Assembly (NCBI RefSeq): GCF_006345805.1
Contig: NC_043002.1
Location: 14,322,001-14,386,000, forward strand
Direction of reading: 5' to 3'
DNA length: 64,000 bases
Source: Octopus sinensis
Lineage: Eukaryota
The notes below the pieces were generated by a model that worked only from the letters and a program-made list of their open reading frames with translations, was not told where the DNA came from and did no database searches. Shown piece by piece: positions 12,927 to 25,733 of this stretch. Position 1 is the first letter of the stretch. Each line of letters begins with the position of its first letter. The position numbers and the translations under genes were made by a program.

Positions 12927-13237
12927 GGATCTTTTCGGTTTGAACGGCAGTTTTTAACATAATTTCTGTGTAACTAAAAAATTTTAAACTTCGTATACTG
13001 GTAGAATGTGTTTATAAAACATCTTTTTCTCTTGGCTTTATTGAGAAGATTCTATAGTTTGTAAGATATTTGTTGTTTTTTGTTCTTCAATTTCTGCAAT
13101 TGCAACCAATCAGTGACGCCTAAGCCTAACCCTAAAACAGATTGAAATGCAATAGATCGATACTAGGGTCATAATTATGGGTGACTGTTTCATATGACAC
13201 CGCTAGAAAACAACTGCCGTTCAAACCGTAAAGATCC
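12927..13237 (+). mobile_element. Internally deleted copy of the telomeric-repeat MITE
   Basis: TIRs ggatcttttcggtttgaacggcag / ctgccgttcaaaccgtaaagatcc. Perfect 8-bp TSD aatatttc (12919-12926, 13238-13245). Confidence 0.92.
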
Positions 13238-14566
13238 AATATTTCAACCAATAACATTGTAATTCTAATGTAGACATTCAACAAAACAAATTACGAATGC
13301 ATTGATAAACATAAGTGACAATGATGTAACAAATATAATTCTAGTTGAAACCCAGTAAAATTCCAATATCTATGATCATTCTGAAATAGACTACGCCAGA
13401 TCATATACAACTGGAATATAACTTATCCTCTATCAACAATATTAGGAGAAAATAAAATAGAATTAATCCTTGACAAAACCCCTCAAAATTCGTAACACAA
13501 ACATAAACAATAAGCTCTCGCTGAGAAAAAGAAAACGAAATTCAATTAAATGCTCTATGTATCCTGTATATTCAGAATGACATATTACATCTGTAGAATT
13601 TATCTCTACGGTTCGCGAATTGCTTCTATCCGTTGGGCAACTGATTCTCTGTTTAAATTTGCAAACACATTTCTCAATAACTCACGAAACGTTCTTATGT
13701 GAAGCAAAAGCAAAGATGTATCTCGTTCTAAAGAACAGAAATAATTGAGTTGAGATTATCCTACCGATAAGATGTGCAGTCTGCTTAAGATAAGCATCAA
13801 CTGATAATGGAAAATAATTATTAGGACAATACAGCGATTTCACAAGTCAGGAAAATGGTATCTAATAACCACTTTAGTGCCAATATGTGACAAGTGGTGC
13901 TACGAGACGTTCAATTCTACTCTGGTGAAAAGATAGACACAGTTAAGCAATATAGCTAATCCCTTATCTATAAACTATCATAGATATTCTCATGTGGCCA
14001 GCAGAATATTGCAAAATATCCGACCTTCATCTGTTGTGTCAAATAGCATATAAGAAAATATATAAAGATTCCTCAGTATTGTAGATTGTTGCTCTATTTA
14101 AAACGGTTATAATTATGAAATCGTAAAGAATAATAGAAGACTAATTACGAATTGCAAAACCTGAAATGTAATTCATTATGGAATAAATTTCTGTCGACTA
14201 TTCAAATTGAACAGTCTTATTTACGTTTTCCAACAACGCGATAAAATCTTCAATTTATATTAACATAACGAAATCTGTAACTTGTAGAATTGAAACAATT
14301 AAAAATATCACCGTTCTTACATTTCCTCTTCCAGCTTACCGTATACTTAAAAACATAAAACAGGAAATTAACAACACAAGAACTGCAAAGTCGTTTGTTG
14401 ATTATGGCACATCTCTCCATCCGACTACAGCTATAATTTTTGTTTTGAAGGTCCTGTAGTTATATTAAGTACTAAATCTATCAGATTATTTCATAAGTCG
14501 TGTCCGAATTTATGTTAAGGATAAAAGTGATCTAATTTTACATTTTATTAAAATTTAATCCTCTAT

Positions 14567-14965
14567 AGGCGTAGGAGTGGCTGTGTGGTAAGAAACTTGT
14601 TTACCAACCACATGGTTCCAGGTTCAGTACCACTGCGTGGCACCTTGGGCAAGTGTCTTCTACTATAGCCCCGGGTCGACCAAAGCCTTGTGAGTGGATT
14701 TGGTAGACGGAAACTGAAAGAAGCCCGTCGTATATATGTATATATGTATGTGTGTGTATATGTTTGTGTCTGCGTTTGTCCCCTCAGCATCGCTTGACAA
14801 CCGATGCTGGTGTATTTACGTCCCCGTAACTTAGCGGTTCGGCAAAAGAGACCGATAGAATAAGTACTAGGCTTACAAAGAATAAGTGCTGGGGTCAGTT
14901 TGCTCGACTAAAGGCGGTGCTCCAGCATGGCCACAATCAAATGACTGAAACAAGTAAAAAGTAAA
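14567..14965 (+). mobile_element. tRNA-derived SINE family A (internal TA/TG microsatellite)
   Basis: Head ggcgtaggagtggctgtgtggtaag...ggttcagtaccac with A/B-box-like motifs; conserved body; (GTAAAA)-type tail. Multiple copies in the window. Confidence 0.9.
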
Positions 14966-15039
14966 AAAAAGGAAAGTAAAGTATATAGTTCCCATCACTA
15001 TCGATGACTTCTTTGCATTTAGTCATTAGTAGTTTAATT

Positions 15040-15640
15040 TCATTGGTGAAATACACCTTCGATGAGAACAAAGAAGACATGTCAGTTCCAACCTCATTGT
15101 GTCTCATGAATACTAATCCAGCTAAATAATTATGTAAACTTCGGAACATACGGTAGTCAGAAGGAACGTGGTCTGGTAAATATGAAGTTTAAGGGATTTT
15201 TTTTTCTCAGCCAAGTTCTTCAATTTTTTCAATGTAATCTTTTGCAGTGTGGGGCTTTGAATTGTCATGATGAAACAACACTTCATTTCGATTCCCGAAA
15301 GCAGATTTGTTTTCTTCAAAGCAGCAGACAGAAGCATTAATTGTTGCATTAGTTGATAGCTTCTCAAATTCGGTGGCTCTAACGCAATCCCACCAAACAT
15401 AAAGAACCTTTTTTGCTGGAGGTTTGTCAACACAGCATTGTCCTTCCCAACCTCAACCTCTGGCAAAAGGAATTCATCATCAGATTCAACTTGGCGTCCT
15501 ATTTGTGTCCTCTACCTTAGGCTTAAATCACAATTTTGGGGCTTCGCAAACCATTCTCTGTAACTTCTTTCGTTCTTACCCATATGTAGAACTGATATTT
15601 TGCTTTCTTAACTCATAAACCATTATCTGCTTTAAATGCT
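15040..15640 (-). mobile_element. Degenerate mariner (DD34D) transposase remnant, third family
   Basis: Minus strand reads VLYVWWDC...VLFHHDNSKPHTAK...EELG*...PDHVPSDYRMFRSLHNYL. Confidence 0.8.
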
Positions 15641-15712
15641 CCTTCGGTACATCCATACTTGAGATGTAAATATTAGTAAGTCAGTCAAATTATTCTGTAA
15701 AAAGAAATTATA

Positions 15713-15901
15713 CAGTAATCCCTCGCCATAACTCGGTTCACCTATCGTGGTTTATTATTTAAGCTTATATCGATACATCCGTGTTGTTGTTTTGGATTTA
15801 TAAATTATGACAATAACTTGAAAAAATATGCAGTAGAGTACTGTTTCTACTTCGCTGATTTTCACCTATAGCGGGGTGGGGGGATAGCCGAGGGATTACT
15901 G
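15713..15901. mobile_element. Tc1/pogo-type MITE
   Basis: TIR cagtaatccctcg / cgagggattactg; flanks TA and TG (degenerate TA TSD). Confidence 0.75.
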
Positions 15902-16463
15902 TGTTAACTAAAAGGTTTCCATATTCAGTCAATACCATCAGACATTTCAGAATATTGATAGAAATCACACATATAATATTTCCGGCTTTATTTATGGGAT
16001 AACATGATTAATTTTAATTTTCGCTTTATAATTAACACTTTCTGATATTTATAATTAATTTTTTTTAAATATCTCTCAAAATATTTGCTCTTCCTATTGA
16101 CAGAAATTTTGATGCCAAATAGAGCATAAACCGTTTTAATAAAATCCATTTATAACTATGAATAGATAATTAGATTTCCGCCCTGGTCGTTGTCCATATC
16201 CAGTTTGAACTCATAATCTGTTTCAGTAAAATCGACTGGTATAATGTACACTAAAAGCAACGTCTTTTAATACAAAATATGAAACGCAGGACAGTGTATT
16301 GAAATATCACTCAACAAATATAAAGGTAAGTAGTTCAAATTTTGATGACCTAATATGAATTTCTATCTCATTTAGTAAATATCACCACTAATCTCTCGAT
16401 TTCGCTCAATACTTTCTTCTTAGAGTGACAGACACAAAAGCATGTATTGATTTCAATGCAATA

Positions 16464-16697
16464 TACCTATTTCTTTACTACCCACAAGGAGTTAAACATA
16501 GAAGGGACAAAGAAGGACAGACAAACGGATTAAGTCGATTATATCGAGCCAGTGCGTAACTGGTACTTATTTAATCGACCGCGAAAGGATAAAAGGCAAA
16601 GTCGACCCCGGTGGGATTTGAACTGAGAACGTAGCGGCAGACGAAATACCACTAAGCATTTCGCCCGGCATGCTAACGATTCTGCCATCTCGCCGCC
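16464..16697 (-). mobile_element. tRNA-derived SINE family B
   Basis: Reverse complement of ggcg(gc)gagctggcagaatcgttagc...gagttcaaattcc...gtcgactttgcctttcatcctttcggggtcga family seen at 42043. Confidence 0.9.
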
Positions 16698-17176
16698 TAG
16701 TAGTTGATTTGAATACAAGATACCTTCAGCTTCCTACATTGAAAACAGAACGAACACATCTTAGTTAAATACATACTGATATTTTTTTTACGCAAAGCAG
16801 AGTTCGTGTATCAAAATTGTAATATAGGTAAATACAAACGAGGACGTCAGTATACGGAAATTTTCATAGCAGACGTATGCATCTGTCTGGAAAGTGTTTC
16901 GATTTGTCGAACAAACTTTCATGTAAATATCTGAAGACTTCTGAAGTTTCTCATCCCAACAGAAATACTAAATCACGCTATTGGTCTATTATATTTCTTA
17001 CTATATTACTTAAATATATTTCTCTTGGTAAAATTATGCTGCCTCATTACTCAACTCTCTAGAAGTAACCCTTCCAGCATTCTCCCTTTCATCTACTCTC
17101 TCTCTCTCACACACATACGCACAACTACTCACACATGCACGCACGAACAGGCACACACAAACACGCACACACAATC

Positions 17177-17214
<38 letters not shown>

Positions 17215-17446
17215 AAATGAGGTACTCAGAAATTCTGATGGTTTTATAGTTACAGATATCTATTTGTATATTACATGTTTTTATACATTATATAACATAT
17301 ATCATATATTAGCGCTTTCGTCCATTCAATTTGAAAACTCCACTAGAATGGGCGAAAGCGCTATATATGATATATGATGTATAAAAACATGTAATATACA
17401 AATATCTGTAAATATAAAACCATCCGAATTTCTGAGTACCTCATTT
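17215..17446. repeat. Foldback (~113-bp arms, 18-nt loop) of a Penelope-like terminal repeat containing an HHR 3' half
   Basis: aaatgaggtactcagaaatt...gcgctttcgtccattc / gaatgggcgaaagcgc...aatttctgagtacctcattt. Confidence 0.85.
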
Positions 17447-17510
17447 TATAAAATACCTGTACATCATCTCCAAACCTTTTAATATATATATATATTATAT
17501 ATATATATAT

Positions 17511-17566
<56 letters not shown>

Positions 17567-18124
17567 GGATACAAATGAGTCAGGTACTTAAATGATAGGC
17601 ACCAGATTGGGTTGAATTGACTTGTATATAGCATCTTTAAGTGAAGGAAGCGTTTTTTAAAATTATGACGTAATGTACTCGTGAATCTATTTAAAAAAAA
17701 AACATTGGAAGCATTTGTAATGAAGTGATACGTGACCATCGTTTGATATTTATCTGTTTATAATATCATAAAATATATATCATATAATACTATATTACAT
17801 TACGTAATATCATGTTATATATGTATGTACATATGTGTATATGCTTACGTATAGTGTGTGTGTGTGTGCATGTGAGTGTTCGTATATATGAGGAACTATA
17901 CTATTACACATTTTACAATTTTACCATTTTTATTATAGATATTTTATATATTATATTATACATTTTTTTATATTATATTGGAAAAATATATGTTCTAAAT
18001 CCTTATTGAAGTTCTCCAAACTTCCACAATCTAATTATTAAGATTTGAGATAGAATTGGTGATTCGTGTTTCCATTTTTATATAGATAGAATTTTTGCAG
18101 ATAGTCTCGCCAACACATTTTTGA

Positions 18125-18919
18125 CTTTCTCTTCGGCAGTGGTAGAATGTGTCATATAAAACATCTTTTACTCTTAGTATTGTTGAGAAAGTTTGTATTT
18201 TCAAAGTTATTTCCTGTTAAAGTAGTCGTATTTCTGTTATTTCAGCCAATCAATAACGTGTATTGATTGGTTGAATAAAATTACTGCTGTTGCTTGTCAA
18301 CAACTTTCGGCGGTGTATATTTCGTTTGTCACTGTTATTTTATGACATATTTCATCTCAGTTACGTTTGTATGAATAAACGAGTGTATCTGAAGCACGTT
18401 TACTTCATGGCACCACCACAATCTTTCGTGCATTTCTACTGCTTTTAGTTTTTACCTGCTTTTCAGCTACTATTTTCGGAAAGACTGTTTTGCCCTCCTC
18501 CCATTCCTCCTCCAATTTCTTCCTTTTTCACTTTTTTCCATGACTCTAACCCTAAAATCCCAACCCTAACCCTAACCCTAACTCTAAACCCCCTAACCCT
18601 AAAACCCTAAAGCTAAAACCAGTACAAACGCACGAACGATGTCATAAATAGCAGTGACTAACGAAATATACACCGCCGATAGTTGTTGTTGGTGAACAAC
18701 GGCAGTAATTTTATATAGCTGAATACACGTCATTCATTGGCTGAAATTACCGAAATACGACTACTTTAACACGAAATTACTTTGAAAGTATGAACTTTTC
18801 TCAACAACACTAAGGATAACAAATTATTTATATGACACCATCTACCAGTGTCCGAAGTTAGAAAGTGTTTAGTTACAAAAAATTAATTTCTCGATCTGCC
18901 GTTCAAAGGGAAAATATCC
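18125..18919. mobile_element. Long-TIR relative of the telomeric-repeat MITE family
   Basis: Inverted arms of roughly 230 bp flank a core with CCCTAA repeats (18545-18615). Right end ctgccgttcaaagggaaaatatcc matches the family TIR; the left terminus is lost. Confidence 0.8.
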
Positions 18920-19824
18920 TTATCGTCTAGTATTTTCTACATTACGAGTGGGTACTGTACTAATATGCCCAATTCCTGATATTTATAATTTCAGTTTTAC
19001 AATCAAATTTATAGACGTTGGTCATCAGCGGTTTGCTTACGGGTTCACGTGTTTGTGTTGTGTTATTAATGAGATTTTTTTGCTTTTGTATCAATGAGAT
19101 TTTTAGTATTTTTTTTTTGTTTTCGTTTTACGATATGGTCAGGTGTGATGCATTTTGTTATTTTCTATGAAGTTTCTTATGCTCGATAGTTTTCATGCAT
19201 TTGTGATGCATAAATTTTATGTTTATTATCAACACATTGCAAGCATGTAAACCTGAGAATCAGCTACTATCAGTGAGATACTCAACACTTTTATAGTACC
19301 ATTCGCTCTTTCCCGGATAAATTTAACAAACTGATACTACACGACGATATACACTTCATATGCGTATAATTGATAACTATTCATTGCTTTTCGGATGATA
19401 AATGGAAATAATTAATCAGTCTATTTCAGATTTATAAAATCCGATGCAGAACCATATCGATAAATTACACGAAGAGGATATCTTTCAAAATTAACACTCT
19501 CATATGCTGAACGACTGTAAGATTAAACAAAATTCCATATCTAAACAAAATTATGGAAGTTGCACTACTCATTCAAACAGCTTTTAACCGGGGATACAAT
19601 AAATTATTTCTAATAGATTCTAATCAAATACATCATCATTAAAGTAATGATAATAGCAATATTAATAATATTAATAATCATGATAATGTTAATTTTAATG
19701 ATGATAATATTGATAATGACGATAATGATAATAATAATGCCACCAATTAGAAGGATTATTATTTCTTTTATTTGTGTGTGTAAGTCAAAGATCATCAAAT
19801 ATTCTAACAATTGAATGATAATCG

Positions 19825-20570
19825 TTTCTACTCTAGGCACAAGGCCCGAAATTTTGGGGGAGGGGGCCAGTCGGTTAGATTGACCACAGTACGCAACTGG
19901 TACATAATTAATCGACCCCGAAAGTTTGAAAAGCAAAGTGGACGTCGGCGGAATTTGAACTCAGAACGTAATGGCAGATGAAATACCCATTTCTATTTCT
20001 TTATTACCCACAAGGGGCTAAACACAGAGGGGACAAACAAGGACAGACATAGGTATTAAGTCGACTACATCGACCCCAGTGCCTAACTGGTACTTAATTT
20101 ATCGACCCCGAAAGGATGACAGGCAAAGTCGACCTCGGCGGAATTTGAACTCACAAGGTAGCGCAGACGAAATACCTATTTCTTTATTACCCACAAGGGG
20201 CTAAACACAGAGAGGACAAACAAAGACAGACATAGGTATTAAGTCGATTACATCGACCCCAGTGCCTAACTGGTACTTAATTTATCGACCCCGAAAGGAT
20301 GAAAGGCAAAGTCGACCTCGGCGGAATTTGAACTCACAAGGTAACGCAGACGAAATACCTATTTCTTTATTACCCACAAGGGGCTAAACATAGAGGGGAC
20401 AAACAAGGACAGACATAGGTATTAAGTCGATTACATCGACCCCAGTGCGTAACTGGTACTTAATTTATCGACCCCGAAAGGATGAAAGGCAAAGTCGACC
20501 TCGGCGGAATTTGAACTCACAACATAACGCAGACGAAATACCGCTAAGCTTTTCGCCCGGCGTGCTAACA
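19825..20570 (-). mobile_element. SINE family B tandem array: head + three ~183-bp units + distinct terminal unit
   Basis: Near-identical units start at about 19994, 20177 and 20360; terminal unit 19825-19988; head 20543-20570. Confidence 0.92.
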
Positions 20571-20964
20571 CATTTGAATTATAATAATGAGGAAAGGGTA
20601 AACTTGCAACCTTAGCATGAATACTCTTTCATTCTTGCAGGCCCCATAATGTAAAGAGCTGTTCAAAGGGATACCTACGAAGATAATTCCCTTTATTCAG
20701 ATTAATTTTTGAATCTGTCAGCGTGCAAAATAGTATAAAATTTGGTAGAGACATGCTTAGTGGTTGTAGTAATTCTGGTAAACTCTTTTATAGTGCCAAC
20801 ATAGTATGCGCAAAAGCTCAGACCTCAATTAGTTAGAGACATGCTTTGTATGGAACAAGAAATATATAATCCAGTCGCCACAATAAAGTTTCTAATGCAG
20901 CACAAAATAATGTTTTACTTGTAGCCATTCAGATAATTTTAGCGTTCAAATATACAAAGCCGAT

Positions 20965-21303
20965 CTTCGAATGACGTAGGACCAATTTACACACTACGTA
21001 AATGTGTTGTTGTTTGTTCCTTTTCGAGCCACGCCTGGCTCATCAGGGCCGGTTTCGCGGTTTCCTTGGCGTATAGGATTCCCATATGGACGGGACGCCG
21101 GTCCGTCCCATGTGAGCTGCAAGATGCAGGAGTGAGAAAAAGTTGTGGCGAAAGAGTCAGCAGAAGTTGGCCATTATGTTCTGCCGGAGCCGTGTGGAGC
21201 TTAGGTGTTTTGCTCATAAACACACTCATCGCCCGGTCTGAGATTCGAACCTGCGATCCATCGACCACGAGTCTGCTGCTCTAACCACTAGGCCATATGC
21301 CTC
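20965..21303 (-). mobile_element. tRNA-derived SINE family C
   Basis: Head ggaggcatatggcctagtggttagagcagcagactc...ggttcgaatctc; body gtttatgagcaaaacacctaagctccac shared with 39719 and 26362. Confidence 0.85.
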
Positions 21304-22189
21304 CACAAATAAATATGTAGTTAACACAAAAAAGAAAACACATGCGAGTTTACTTGCTAGAAATAGCAAGTTTATTGCGAGTTTATTTGCTAGAAATAGA
21401 CGCCAAGTATCACTTACATATGGCCATATCGCTTGAAAGGGATAGAATAGACAATGTAGAACTTTATACAAACAAATATGGATAGACACGGCTAGGATGC
21501 TTTTAATCATACTGTATATCTAATGGAGTCAGATATTAATAACGATTATGAATGAACGTCTTTGCGATGTTTTGTTTAATACATTCATCATAAAAATGAC
21601 CTTACTCATAAGGTATTGGAATCTAAAATATGGTACACAATGAGGTTATGTCTTTGTTCATTTTACCCTTGCACTTGCTGTGCATTACTAGAGCTAGTTC
21701 AGTACCATTTTCCGATTTTACTGCAAAATTATTCATGCGTAGATTTGTGTTAATAAGTTTGGTATTAAATATATTAAAACAAAATTAGAAATTACTGCTA
21801 AAGGTACTAAAATATTTTTGATTCTGCTTTTGCAACGAGTCTATAGGATATTTACTACACAGGATTACTCCCTAACGATTTATATATTATTAATGATTCA
21901 AGGTCACATGGTATAGCATTCATTTGTGCGATAGCAATCCTAAAGACTAAGAATCGAGCATTTTAACATCAATCATTATCATAGTCACATACACGTGTTG
22001 CTGTGATGACTATCCACACATCTTCTTATAGATATACACACACACATATATAATTGCACATATAGATTATAAATGTCTTTTCACGGAGTGTTTTGATTAA
22101 CACGTTCCATACGTAATCACATAATGCGGATTACTCAGGAAAAGTGTATTTTACCAGTTTATCCGGCCAGTTCAAGCATTGTCACTATT

Positions 22190-22600
22190 AAAATTGATAA
22201 AATTTGTGAGAGCGTTCGACCAATTTTAAATACTGTTGGATCTTACTCATAAGGTATTGGAATCTTACATTGTTTATAAACTCTATATTTGGAATGAACA
22301 ATTTTAAACGCTGTTGGATTTTTCTCATAAGATATTGGAATCTTACATATATACCATTCTGCCTAAAAAATGGATCCACAGATTCAATATCCCTACATAT
22401 CTCACATCTATTTCCTTTCCTCCACCTCATTTTCTATTTTGTATCCCATCTAAATTAATTATTACTTAACCATTCTCTCACAACATCTCCGATGAAGGGA
22501 TATAATTAATAAATAACCTGGAAACAGCTCTAAGAACTATCTATAAATGTTCTAATATCTACACAGCCTTGTTTTTTTATCTCATTACGCAAAAAAGTCT
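22190..22600 (+). mobile_element. Probable Penelope-like terminal remnant with ~79-bp internal duplication and degenerate hammerhead
   Basis: Duplicated aattttaaa..ctgttggat.tt.ctcataag.tattggaatcttacat; tct-CCGATGA-a-ggga...GAAAC-agct-CTA-aga at 22486-22535. Confidence 0.45.
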
Positions 22601-24229
22601 TATATATCTATGATATAAATATTTCGTAACATTTTTTTTAGATTAGGTGGATTTTCTTCAATTTTGTTTAAGCATTTCTACCACGTCACTGGTCCTATGA
22701 GATTAGTTATGTGCATTACTTTTACCCTATATGACTAAGCATTTGATTTGTATTGGTAGATCAATATCTACTGACTGATGTTAAACCATATACACGTGCA
22801 TTGCTGCCGTATATGACGTTAGACACATATTTCATCATATATCTTCCGTTTCCTGAATCCATGAATCCTCTAAGTAATTTGGTAGCAAGTAAGTTTTAGG
22901 TAAATCCGAATCTGGAATACAATGTTAACACCTAATTAGAAACATTTCCCTTCAGTTAAGCTGCTATTTCTTTTTGAAAAGGCATGAACCTCCCACATTC
23001 TATATTCACTTACTTTAAAACGAAAATCTGCATGTTCTTCAAAGAAGATAGAAATATTTCTCATCCACTGCATAGTATGAGAACATTGATTTAAACATCT
23101 CGTGACGAGAACGTCATGGTATTTTTAATGTATTTTCACAAGTTCTTACCAGTTTTGCGTTTCTAAGACTGCAAATCAAAGCTATATTGGTAAATACTTT
23201 CTCTTCATCCCAATTTTCATTTTCTTTATTTATATTCTGTTTCTATCATTTCCCTTTTTTAAGCATATAGGAATGATCAATTCTTCTTAGAAAGGGGGGA
23301 ACGCAAATAGCTGATTCATTCATTGTACATGAAAGATAGCGATTTTCTTTTGACAATGCGTAACGTCTTCTAATCCTCTAGACCTGTAGGGAAACATGAG
23401 TCTTTCAATCTTTGCAAAGTAGAAAATGTTAGATTGACAGGAATAGAATAGGAGAGTCGAGGGAATAACAATATTCGTGCACATTCTATCAAGTTCCAGA
23501 AATGGAACATTAGACATTACAGGCGTGAACGTAATTCGCAGTGGATTACATAAGAGTAATCAATACACAGGTATATAGCATTCTATTTGGTTTCTGTATT
23601 AAAATACACAGCAGTTCCTTCAGTAACTTCTTGTCCATTGAAACAGCATTTGAAATATCTTTGCTTTGATAAAAAATAAAAGGAAAGGAAAACTTTCCCG
23701 TTACATACATGAAATAGAAAAGAAAAAAAAAGAATTAATCTTAGAACGCTTGAATTAGGTTTTGGAAATAAAATCGTTAATTCGCTTCAATAGTGTTTGA
23801 TAACATCGACAATGGTCCCAATCGATGTTTGTAATCATTTTTATCATGTTCTTTGAGAGAAAACATTTCTTGAGGTTTTCCTCTTTTACAGATATGCATT
23901 CACTAACGACGTTCAGAAAAGTCCGAATGAAATGTGTGGTTTTAGTTTTGATGTGAATTTAGATACGTCACTGGATGTACAAGTGTTCATATTCCCCACC
24001 CAAAAAAGAAATCTAGAAATACATAATTATTATATATACAATATTTTAAGATTAATATTTGCCCGCTAAGCAAAAGATATACCATTCACCTATGACATAT
24101 TACATGTTAATCTGAATAACATGCAGTAAATGTGGATATTATTCACAGTAAATGTGAGTTATTCACATGAAATATAGCAAAGATATTTGCATGGAACTTC
24201 TTAAAACTTAAAATATAGAATATTTGTAA

Positions 24230-24622
24230 TAGGCGCAGGAGTAGCTGTGTGGAAAGTAGCTTGGTTACGAACCACATGGTTCCGGGTTCAGTCCCACTGC
24301 GTGGCACCTTGAGCAGGTATCTTCTACTATAGCCTCGGACCGACCAACGCCTTGTGAGTGGATTTGGTAGACGGAATCTGAAAGAAGCCTGTCGTATATA
24401 TATATGTATGTATGTGTGTGTTTGTGTTTGTCCCCCCAGCATCGCTTGGCAACCGATGCCGGTGTGTTTACGTCCCCGTAACTTGGCAGTTCGGGAAAGA
24501 GAACCGATAGCATAAGTACTAGGCTTACAAAGAATACGTCGTGGGGTCCATTTGCTCGACTAAAGGCAGTACTCGAGCATGGCCGCAGTCAAATAACTGA
24601 AACAAGTAAAAGACTAAAAGAG
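24230..24622 (+). mobile_element. SINE family A
   Basis: Full-length match to 14567-14965. Confidence 0.9.
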
Positions 24623-25379
24623 TGATGCAAAAGGCGATGAAGAAATTTGAAAAAAAAATAAGTTGAAGGGAAAGAAAGTGATGATGTGTATGAGAGATGT
24701 GTACTATGACAAAGCTCTTGGTGATGATGATGATGATGATGATGATGATGTCGATGATGAGAATGAAGTGACGAAGATTGTTGTTTATCCTAAAATTTTA
24801 AAATTAATGTTATTGTACATTATTATAACTTTACTTTTCTTATTCAGGTGTATTTTTTGTTTAATTTTATATTTGTTTTCTAATTATGCTTCCTCTGTTT
24901 CTTCCTGTTTTTCTGTTTCTTTTTCTTTGAAGCAAATGCTGCAGCCATTTCGTTTGCCTACGCATGGCCTCGGGAGTAATATATTGTTTATTTGAATCAT
25001 TTCTTAGTTTTCATTAGTGTTATTGCACGTACAGCTACAACACATGACGCAGAACCTTTGCAGTTTATAAACGATCTTAACCCTAATGCCACCAATAAGT
25101 CAATATAGTGTCATACATTTTAATAGCAAATATATTTCGATAACTTCGTTTTTTAGAACTTTTAAATCAATTAGAAATATGTGGAGAAAAGTATCATTTT
25201 GATTTCTTGCAAAATTATTTTAAATTAACAGGTGGTTTGGGAGAATAACATATTATCTAGATAAATGAATTATTCATACACCCAACAGTCTATCTATTCT
25301 ATACACACAAGCACACATACTACATACATACATGAAACATACAAACGTACGTTTGTGTATATATATGCATATGTACGTG

Positions 25380-25427
25380 TGTGCACGTGCGTACTTGCTT
25401 CCTTGTGTGTGTCCGTGTGTGTGTGTA

Positions 25428-25501
<74 letters not shown>

Positions 25502-25510
25502 TGTGTGTAA
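25380..25510. repeat. (GT)n microsatellite
   Basis: Direct sequence. Confidence 0.95.
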
Positions 25511-25574
25511 AACGTAATCCACTTGCTTTCGCATTTGCCATCTGTGTCATTCAGAAAGGTCAGCAGAAATTTTT

Positions 25575-25665
25575 GGTGCCTTGCTCAAGTTGTCACACAG
25601 TGGGACTGAACCCGGAACAATGTGGTTCGGAAGCAAACTTCTTACCACACAGGCACGCATGCGCC
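25575..25665 (-). mobile_element. SINE family A, 5' fragment
   Basis: Reverse complement of ggcgcatgcgtgcctgtgtggtaagaag...gggttcagtcccactgtgtgacaac. Confidence 0.7.
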
Positions 25666-25733
25666 GACAAGTTGTCGACAAACTGTAACGGGACACGAAC
25701 ACGCTCAGAGACCTGCTGTGTATTTTCCCATTA

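Noticed and set aside
16227-16326. Plus-strand exon-like segment (tttcAG ... aaag|GTAAGT)
   Set aside because: Stops in all three frames and no partner exon identified; could only be non-coding.
21022-21046. CTGATGAG...GAAA on the minus strand in the SINE C tail
   Set aside because: No stem III or NUH triplet follows (only A/C-rich tail) and no stem I partner; not a hammerhead.
23320-23517. ORF with LDRMCTNIVIPSTLLF, loosely M4-like
   Set aside because: No splice, paralog or compositional support; similarity is at chance level.
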